From positions 1 through 32,993 of the forward strand of contig MRSU01011090.1 in assembly GCA_008369845.1 (NCBI GenBank): a stretch of DNA of 32,993 bases. The letters are read 5' to 3'. Below, in pieces: positions 21,173 through 29,121 of this stretch. The notes below the pieces were generated by a model that ran no database searches, was not told where the DNA came from, and was given only the letters and a program-made list of their open reading frames with translations. Each line of letters starts with the position of its first letter. The stretch's first letter is position 1. This stretch comes from Trichomonas gallinae (Eukaryota). The position numbers and the translations under genes are program-made.

Positions 21173-21637
21173 AGGGTCTATTTTATATAACATTTATTCT
21201 AATAACAACTAACACATACAATGTTTAGATTTTGTTCGATACTAAAACCACTTTAAATGATGCGTATGAATTTGTATAGAACATTTAACGTTTACATAAT
21301 ACTACTCAATATCCAAGCTATATTATATTTTAATTATGGGCTGTATAATGCAACAGACGTTGATGTTGACAACAAAACACCAGTATTTCTTGCTTGTTTT
21401 CTAAACATTTGCATATGTTGCATCAAATTATGTGTTTTAGTCAATTAGAGTGCTATGGCATGCAATAATTATATAGACAGAATCTAGTTTTCATATGAAT
21501 GCAAACCAGATCTCGAAAATCGAATCTAATTTCGAAGGTATTCGCATCATATTCATAAAGCAGATCCCTATGGATATATAGAAACATACTATGCTATTTT
21601 TATTCCGAAAAATAACTTTTTGGTCAGTGTTCACATA

Positions 21638-24616
21638 TTATATATCTTCTATGTCGAAGTTTGAAATTGTTATGGATCTAAATTCTGCATCAAATGATTT
21701 GAAAGGCTTGTGATCCACAGACATGAAGCCATCTTTAATATCAATGACTGAGTGCTTTGGGAGCCTAGGACGAATATTTTCCCAGCTTGGATCTGCGTTA
21801 ATTATTCCTTTCTTTAGCACAAAAACAGCTTTTTTCGTTGCGAATGAAAGCGCGCTTTTGACAGATTCAGGACTTCCACCAACGAAAATGCCGACATCAA
21901 AAGTCTGATACGCAAGTGTATCTGCAATAACAGAGACTCTCGATGCAGCTCGAGACATATATTCAGACTGATTCGAGAAAAAATCGGCATTGTGTGACAT
22001 CCTGGCAATTATTGATGTGCAAGCGGGAGAAATCCTCGATGGACATGATAGGACGACCTTCTCAAAAACAATGCCAGCGCAAACAGCAACAAAAACTGCA
22101 AAAGATTCATCGCTAACTTCGATAATAAAGATAGGCCTCTCCATCGACAAAACAAATGACATCATATTTGACAAAACCGGTTCAAGTACTTTCAAACCGT
22201 CAAGGCCGACCCCTACATAAGGAAGAAGGCTTTTATGTTCCGACCCATAGAATATTCGCGCGACATCTGCTATATCAGGATGAGTGTTGTAAACTTCGTT
22301 TAACTTCTTGACTATATTTGGATGAAGTTTTCTTATCATGGCGAAAGCAGAGTTTTCGTTTTCTAAAACAGAATTTCCGAAAATCACGAGTTTCTCGCAG
22401 CACTTGTAGACAGGCATAGAAAGTAATATGTCCTGGCAGTTAAAGTCAAGAGAAATGACAACATCGAAAACTAAAGACAAATCTAATATTGACCGTTTTT
22501 GCAGCTGAGTGACAAAAACTCTCGTTTTAGCGAGCATTCTTTCTGCCTCAGCAATGCTTTCTGATTTAGCGACAATGTTTTCGTATACATATTTCTGGAG
22601 TCTCATGTCTATATTTTTTGTCTTTCCAAATATTGCGAGCTTGATTCCTTTCGATTCGAGAAACTCAGAAATTGAATTCATCTCATAATAATAGCTGCAG
22701 GAAACTAGAATAGCTTTGCCTTCTCTCCAATGACTTTCAGCAATCCTGCACGCGGCTTTAATGAAGCCAGAGTCTGGAGGAGCATCTATAAGAGCTACGT
22801 CTTTAGCTGTCAAAGCAAATTCAACAGCTTCTACTTCACTGACAGTCAGATTTTGTTTGTCATAATCTGACACATAAGAAGAAAACTTTGGAGTGAAATT
22901 TTTGTCCATTAACAGTTTGGCTATCTTAGAATTCGATCTGAACATGTCGAACAAGCTGAGCATTCTAGTTCTGTGGTCTCCTTTCCAGTCGAAGAAGTCT
23001 ATATTCACTCTTTCCTGCTCGGAAACTTGGTGGTCGTAAACAAGAAGAATTAACTGCTTGTCTGTTATTGTTTGGACAACTCCAACACCGAGGATGACTG
23101 ACGGTCTGTCAGCTGCTGTTATTATAGCTGAGTTGTGCTTCCTTACACTGAGAGACTTGAAGTAGGAAATCGATGGACTGTCGAAGCAAATAAAAGTGTT
23201 TTGTTTGTCAGCGTCAGATTCCACTGATGATATCAAAAGATTTGGCGCACAAATTCTCAGAGAAACCCTCTGCTCGATTGACGAAGTCAGGATGTGCGTG
23301 TAAGCCTCTAGTTCTCCCAGCGACGATTTGGAGACTCTGTCGTAATGTTTCCAGAAGAATTCAGCTTCAGAAGTAGAACCGAATAAACTCGGAACTCTTT
23401 GTGAAAATTCACCTTGAGGAACTTGAAGCTCCATGCGAACTAGTATGTCGCAATGGGTCTTCATGTTGCAATTGTCGCATTCGCTTGATATAACTCGCTC
23501 TGGGATCCCGTTTAAAGCGATATAACTTACAATGTCGTTGCGCCTGCAGATAAGATTGAGAGATTCTTGTCTGTCTGGTCTTACAATGTATCTTGAGTCT
23601 GGTATTGACTGATAATACCAAACAAAACCAGAATCTGCGGCATCATCTGGATATCTTGAGCGTAAAAGAGCCAAATCACCTGAAATTTGGCCAATATGCT
23701 CTTCAGTAACAGTCAATGGTTCTTTTTCGTGTGGATAAAGACGCATTGGCAACTTTTCATCATTAATAGTTTCAATTACAGCGTTTAGCTTGCTTTTTAA
23801 GCCTAGATTGAATGAGTAGAGCGTTTGTATATAGCTTGAGTCTTGTGAAAGTACCGGAAACATTCTGCTTGGCGTGATTTCGCGATTTGATGCCCCAATA
23901 AGTGAAAATCCTGGAGATTTATTGGTATCATTGAATATAAAATACAATTTTGAGTAAATTTTCTTTGTGATTGTTGTTTCATTTTCACCAGATAAGAAAA
24001 TCGAACTTCGATATTTTAAAATAATGTTGTTAACAATATTAGACACATTTGTTTTGGATTCTAAAAGCTTTGCATTCGAACTTTTTGGATTTAAACTTAT
24101 GTATCCTATTAATACTTTTTGTAAAATTTTATTAATCACGGCTTTTTTTTGTGATCTGTCAAAATTTACCTTGCTTTGGATGAAACCTTTTCTCAGACAC
24201 TTCTGTCCAGATGTGACAACGCCAACATCACATATATAATAAGGATATAAAATTAAAGATCCTGAGTCATTTGATACTATACCTTCATCAGCATCTTTGT
24301 AGAATTCTCCAAAGCTACATCTTTGGAATTTCGTATTTACTATGATGCTTGCGCCTACAACATATTGAGTATGTTCGATCCATCTTCCAGAAATGCGTAC
24401 ATATCGCGGATGAGAAGTGTTTTTGTTTTTAATTTCGATAACAACAATATTTCCGTTGATGCTTTTATTGAATACCATAGGAAAAACGAATGTGATAATA
24501 TATAATTCGTTAGAAAGTGATTTAACTTCGAGGGTGTTTTTCTCTTGTGGAGACTCGACTTTTGGCGCTGATATATTTAAACGCTGAGCTACTTCTCTCT
24601 CAGCATTTTTGTACAT
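21638..24616 (-). CDS. Dna2-like nuclease/helicase homologue with degenerate catalytic motifs
   Basis: ATG at 24616. Collinear Dna2 landmarks: GSLILYP, KCLRK, YSFNLGLKSKL, HxxQ, RRNDIV, CDNCNMKTHC, EFFWKH, LTVSEVEAVEFALTAKDVALI, FDVVI, LVIFGN, LNEVYNTHPDI. Confidence 0.8.
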   Translation of the reverse strand: MYKNAEREVAQRLNISAPKVESPQEKNTLEVKSLSNELYIITFVFPMVFNKSINGNIVVIEIKNKNTSHPRYVRISGRWIEHTQYVVGASIIVNTKFQRCSFGEFYKDADEGIVSNDSGSLILYPYYICDVGVVTSGQKCLRKGFIQSKVNFDRSQKKAVINKILQKVLIGYISLNPKSSNAKLLESKTNVSNIVNNIILKYRSSIFLSGENETTITKKIYSKLYFIFNDTNKSPGFSLIGASNREITPSRMFPVLSQDSSYIQTLYSFNLGLKSKLNAVIETINDEKLPMRLYPHEKEPLTVTEEHIGQISGDLALLRSRYPDDAADSGFVWYYQSIPDSRYIVRPDRQESLNLICRRNDIVSYIALNGIPERVISSECDNCNMKTHCDILVRMELQVPQGEFSQRVPSLFGSTSEAEFFWKHYDRVSKSSLGELEAYTHILTSSIEQRVSLRICAPNLLISSVESDADKQNTFICFDSPSISYFKSLSVRKHNSAIITAADRPSVILGVGVVQTITDKQLILLVYDHQVSEQERVNIDFFDWKGDHRTRMLSLFDMFRSNSKIAKLLMDKNFTPKFSSYVSDYDKQNLTVSEVEAVEFALTAKDVALIDAPPDSGFIKAACRIAESHWREGKAILVSCSYYYEMNSISEFLESKGIKLAIFGKTKNIDMRLQKYVYENIVAKSESIAEAERMLAKTRVFVTQLQKRSILDLSLVFDVVISLDFNCQDILLSMPVYKCCEKLVIFGNSVLENENSAFAMIRKLHPNIVKKLNEVYNTHPDIADVARIFYGSEHKSLLPYVGVGLDGLKVLEPVLSNMMSFVLSMERPIFIIEVSDESFAVFVAVCAGIVFEKVVLSCPSRISPACTSIIARMSHNADFFSNQSEYMSRAASRVSVIADTLAYQTFDVGIFVGGSPESVKSALSFATKKAVFVLKKGIINADPSWENIRPRLPKHSVIDIKDGFMSVDHKPFKSFDAEFRSITISNFDIEDI

Positions 24617-24630
24617 CAATCTTTACCAAA

Positions 24631-24647
24631 AGTGACAATTTTAAAGG
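24631..24647 (-). promoter_or_regulatory. Core promoter of the Dna2-like gene (CCTTT, AAAATT, TCACT Inr)
   Basis: The sense strand reads CCTTTAAAATTGTCACT, ending 14 nt before the ATG, and matches recalled trichomonad M5/M4/Inr motifs. Confidence 0.45.
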
Positions 24648-24914
24648 AGGGAACGATTATTTTCACCTCAAAAATATTTGTCAAAAAACATTTTACACGA
24701 CAAAAATTAAAAACATCTAAATTAATCCATAAACCTCATTTTAAGAGCCAAATATGGTGAAATCTATGGTTTAACAAGTTAATTACAAAAATAAATCCAA
24801 ATCTTTTTAGTAATTATGGAGTTTTCTTTTAGATATATAATAAACTACAACAAGAGCTTGAAATAGCAACGCTGAAAACATGACATGCAAAATGAAATTT
24901 ATGAAATCATATAT

Positions 24915-25994
24915 ATGATATTTGCGTAGTATGATGAGTGCTATCATGTGTTTGATATACAATTTAGTCATAAGGACCACGCACCTGTTGATATCTGGAA
25001 GAGATTCTATGATGAAACATATGATGGAACGAAATACGAATATTGCAGCAATGAATGCAACATTTCTGCAAATAACAACGAAATATATGTATACTTGGGC
25101 ATATTTCACGATTTACAATCGGGGACGATGTCGATTGAAAAAAATGATATTAAATTTCTTCATTCTTCATGCTTTTTCAACAATTGCTACAGAAATGATC
25201 AAGGAGGAGCAATACGTTTCAATTGCAAAAGTTCCATTGTCCAGCACAGATTTTGCACAACAAATACATATATAACTGGTATTACTGATGGATATCATTC
25301 ATATGTTTTTCTTCACGACAACAATATTGATCGTCAAAACTACATCATTGAGTGCTCTGTATCACACTGTCAACAACAAAGAGGCAATTCTATCACATAT
25401 TCTCATTTTGGTAATTGCGGAATATTTTCATCAAATTATTCAAAAAATTCAGCGCGGTGTTATTCTGGTTTCTACATGGTATTTTCAATAGGAGTATCAG
25501 TTATTAATTTTTCAACATTCCAAGAAAACAATGCACAAAGTAATATTTGTTTATCTCATGGTTATAGTTCAGATGGATCGTTTCAAGATATTAAATGTAA
25601 CATTGTAAACAATATACAAGAATCAACAGATTTTGGAACAGTATATGCTGCTGCTAAAGTATCTATGTTTGACTGCACTGTAACTAGTGCTTCTAGTAAA
25701 GGTAAATTATTTGCAAGATCATCAACTGGGCATTTGTATTTAATAAATTGTAGTGTAGATAATGTTGATATTTATACAATTAATGAAGCAGGAACATTCT
25801 TCACTCATCTTCTCATTACATCAAAAGATCTGAATGTTCTTGCTCATCTATCATCATATAATTGCAACGCAGGAATTAGACTTAATGCAAATATAGAATT
25901 ATGCAATGAAAACTCATGTGATTGCAATATTAGAATCAGTTTCATTTCCATCATGGCTACCATCTATACGTTTGTTCTTTGCTATAAAAAGTAG
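24915..25994 (+). pseudogene. Beta-helix-like (FxxN/GGAI) membrane protein gene with an in-frame TAG at codon 5
   Basis: TCATA 24907-24911, then ATG ATA TTT GCG TAG (24915-24929), in frame with the long ORF (track start 24948 is GTG). FFNNCYRNDQGGAI motif, Asn/Ser/Cys-rich beta-strand repeats, hydrophobic C-terminus ISFISIMATIYTFVLCYKK. Confidence 0.72.
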
Positions 25995-26109
25995 CATATA
26001 TTCTTTTGGTAACTTTTTAAAAGACAATTCTAAATCTCTCTCTCTATATAAAGAAAATCTTCGACGATTTTATAGTTTTTTTTTTTTGGTAAACACTAAA
26101 ACAAACATT

Positions 26110-28476
26110 TTACTTTCTGATTGAAGAAGCTCTGTCAGTTGCTGCAGTGGTATCAGTTCTAGCAGAGAACCTTGATCTACCATCACCTGATCTTCCGTAA
26201 AACATGTCTCCTCTGTCTCCATAAACGAAGCAGACTTGGCCTTCAGCATCTGAAATTGCTCTGCTTGAGATTGGCGGAGTCTTTCTACCGTCAAGAGACT
26301 CCGCCAATGATCCAGTGACACCAGTTGCAGGACGTCCGCAGCAAATGCATCGAACAGGTTCCACTCCTCCTGCCGTGTCTTTGTTCTGAATAGTCGTAGC
26401 CATGCTGAGCATGCTCTTGACTTCAGACAGATCAGCCTTAGCAATGACTGAGCGTTTGATTGTCAGAATACGACTGTTGAGTTCAACCATGGCAACTCTG
26501 AACTGCTCAAACAGGCTTTGCACGGCCTGCTTGTCAGCTTTGGCGTCATCCATCTGCTGGTACCCTTTAACGAGCTGGTCTATCTGTTTCCTCATGCCAT
26601 GGATGATTCCATCCTGTGCGTTAACCTTTCCGAGTGTTGCATCAATCTTTGCGTCATTGATTTTAGGAAGTGCAACAGATCCGGCTCTTCTCGGGCTCTC
26701 ATCTGAAATTGGAGCTGGCTCCGGAGCCTGTGAGCGCACAATAACCTTTCTTGGCTGAACCAAATCGATTTTCGGTGCTACAAATTCTTTCTCTTTCTCC
26801 GACAAATCTTTCGCGAGTTCGTCGATTCTCGTCAAAACAGATGCAATGGCAGCTTCATTCGATCTGCTGAGTTTTCCGTTCTCAGTAACATCTTTCACGC
26901 ACGCTGTCAATATGTCTTTGAGCGCTGCAACATCCTGATTCAATGCAGTGAAGTTTGCAGTGAGTTTTTCGACGGCTGGATTTGGTTTTGGAATTGCGAG
27001 CTCAGCGACACGTGTGCCAAGTTCTGACATTTCTGTTCTTGTCTTTTGCAGCAATCTTAGTGTTTCATCGCCATTTCTTGATGCGATTGTTGCTACTTCT
27101 CTTGAGCCATTTGCTGCATCCCTTGCATCTCTTATATCCCTTGAGAGTTCTTCTCTTGTATTCAACAAGTCTTCGTTGAATTTCACGAATATTTCGTTCT
27201 GCATTTCTGGGATTTTCTGGTCCAAAGCATTCAGCCTGTCGACGCATTTGTTCGCTATGTCTCTGGTGGCAGTCAACGCGTCAGGTGTGACATACTTCTT
27301 CTCCTCAAGGACATCGAGTCTGCTCGCGAGGACTTTCGCTGTGTTGAGGAGGAATTGGATGCTGTTTGACAGGCCGCTGATATCTACACTCCCGTCTTCT
27401 TTGATTTCTATTGGCTCAACAGAAGCTGCTGGGCCTGAAGTAAAGCTCTCAGCGAGGCTCTTGACAGCAGCAACAGTGTCGTCAACGCGTCCACGAAGCT
27501 CTATCATGTCATTGTTCATTGAAGATAAATCTGATCCCAAAGAATTGATTTTATCCATTAAATCAGGCGGAAGATCAACTTGTCTAGATGAACTTGTTGT
27601 TGTTCTCGATGACATATCTGTCTTTAGCTGATCAATTTGATTATTTATATCGCGAATTGAAGGAGAAAACAGTTCTTGGACCGTGTTGATTTGTTTATTA
27701 GTGTAGTTACGTCCATCTTCGATTTCTTCTTCCATCTTTTTGAGTTTTTCCGATAATTGATTAATTTGTTTTTGTAAATCGTCAGCGTAATCGAATGCTT
27801 CTTCTGAATTACTTGTTGCAAGCTTTGGAGATTTCTGGAATGACATATTTGAAGCAACACGCGTGAAACTTGGCATTTTCAATAATGTTTTTTCTTCTCC
27901 TTCTTTGTTGACTGTGGAAAACAGTGCGTCAATCTGCGCCTGCAAATTTGTATCAGCATTTGAAAACAATTTCGCTTGTTCGTCGATTGATTCGAATTTT
28001 AAATTGTGTTCGTTTATTAATTTTGTGTTTGCATCGATTTTTTCGAGTAGTGACTCCATGTTAGGCATCGCTACGATAACATCTTTGACGAGTTCTGGCT
28101 GCAATGATTCGATTTGAGATCTAACTAAATTCCCTGATTCGACTAAGCAGTTACTTGTAGCGGCTTCGAATTTCTCGGACATTTCGTTGAACTTATCCTG
28201 GAGCAAAGCGTCCATTGTGTTAACTTTATCGTCAGTTTGTTTGCATTGAAGGACAATTTGATCGACTTTGTCTGATACATCTTGTTTAAAGTCTTTGACG
28301 TCTTGAAATGTTGCTTTTCCAGTGATATCTTCTTCCGCTTTCGTTAATCTGTTCCCGATATTATCCAATTTCAGACACATTTCCTCCAAGAAAGTGTGGA
28401 TGACTTCCATGTCAACTGTTACAGTGAAAAGAGGATGTTCTCGCGTTTTTTCCGTCAGCAAATTAACAAAAGTCAT
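26110..28476 (-). CDS. Coiled-coil protein with a DUF4795-like (QRICH2/C16orf96-like) C-terminus
   Basis: ATG at 28476. N-terminal VDMEVIHTFL, long heptad region, KADK/KADL repeats, DTAGG...RCICCGRP (cf. CLSCDRP), and YGDRGDMFYGR. Confidence 0.62.
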   Translation of the reverse strand: MTFVNLLTEKTREHPLFTVTVDMEVIHTFLEEMCLKLDNIGNRLTKAEEDITGKATFQDVKDFKQDVSDKVDQIVLQCKQTDDKVNTMDALLQDKFNEMSEKFEAATSNCLVESGNLVRSQIESLQPELVKDVIVAMPNMESLLEKIDANTKLINEHNLKFESIDEQAKLFSNADTNLQAQIDALFSTVNKEGEEKTLLKMPSFTRVASNMSFQKSPKLATSNSEEAFDYADDLQKQINQLSEKLKKMEEEIEDGRNYTNKQINTVQELFSPSIRDINNQIDQLKTDMSSRTTTSSSRQVDLPPDLMDKINSLGSDLSSMNNDMIELRGRVDDTVAAVKSLAESFTSGPAASVEPIEIKEDGSVDISGLSNSIQFLLNTAKVLASRLDVLEEKKYVTPDALTATRDIANKCVDRLNALDQKIPEMQNEIFVKFNEDLLNTREELSRDIRDARDAANGSREVATIASRNGDETLRLLQKTRTEMSELGTRVAELAIPKPNPAVEKLTANFTALNQDVAALKDILTACVKDVTENGKLSRSNEAAIASVLTRIDELAKDLSEKEKEFVAPKIDLVQPRKVIVRSQAPEPAPISDESPRRAGSVALPKINDAKIDATLGKVNAQDGIIHGMRKQIDQLVKGYQQMDDAKADKQAVQSLFEQFRVAMVELNSRILTIKRSVIAKADLSEVKSMLSMATTIQNKDTAGGVEPVRCICCGRPATGVTGSLAESLDGRKTPPISSRAISDAEGQVCFVYGDRGDMFYGRSGDGRSRFSARTDTTAATDRASSIRK

Positions 28477-28490
28477 CAAAAACGAAGGAA

Positions 28491-28518
28491 AATTTTAGTG
28501 CACGTTAATTGTCACTTT
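28491..28518 (-). promoter_or_regulatory. AAAGTGAC plus AAAATT core-promoter motifs upstream of the DUF4795-like gene
   Basis: The sense strand has AAAGTGAC (28518-28511) followed by AAAATT (28496-28491), matching recalled trichomonad M2 and M4 motifs. Confidence 0.5.
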
Positions 28519-29121
28519 TGGAAGTGAAATTTATATACAACAAAAACTGACATTTACGGGCGCGAAAGCAATTGGAAAATATTCAAAAAATTGCTATTTT
28601 AAAACTCACACACGATTTAATGTATATATAGAGATATTCCATATACATACATTAACTAATGATACTCATTTGAGCAAATCGGATTCTTCATTTTGGAAAT
28701 GTTCTAAGTTAGCGGTGAAATCTTAAAAAATGATTTAATAGTATTTGATATGACAGTATACAAAAGATGAGTGCTTAAAATTTAATTTAAAGGACTACAT
28801 CATCGACTTTTTGCGCAAACTCTTTCACAGCTTTAAAAAATAAATGAATTATGTTTCGTAATTATGTGTTAATATATAGAAACAAGATGTATTAAAGGCA
28901 TTAGTATGTACACATGATCAAAATTGAGCAATTACTGTTTTATATACTTCTGTTCTGAATGATAAATTACTTCTTCTTCGAACAAATGTTTTTGATATTG
29001 TCAAATTACCCGAAAAGTAGTCGATGTTTTGTTTTGCAATATATATGAAAGAACTTGTCTGCTTGTTGAATATAATGATTATGTTCTATAATTATGCTTT
29101 TACAAAACAAAATAATAAAAC

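Noticed and set aside
24927..24929. TAG reassignment (variant genetic code)
   Set aside because: TAG terminates the GP63 gene (2037-2039) and this same ORF (25992-25994), and no conserved gene here has internal stops.
24807..25109. 100-aa hydrophobic minus-strand ORF
   Set aside because: Overlaps the beta-helix gene antisense; expected artefact of AT-rich DNA.
26948..27631. 227-aa antisense ORF in the DUF4795-like gene, and similar antisense or off-frame ORFs in IFT70, ACSL, Dna2-like and HECT
   Set aside because: These are codon mirrors or shadows of real genes with biased composition and no independent signals.
2658..28476. Functional flagellar gene cluster (IFT70, FAM184-like, DUF4795-like)
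   Set aside because: The genes are interspersed with unrelated housekeeping genes, and two of the three calls are tentative.
24626..28521. Pack-type transposon bounded by the 15-bp inverted repeats
   Set aside because: No TSD and no transposase; both arms sit in core-promoter positions of ordinary genes.
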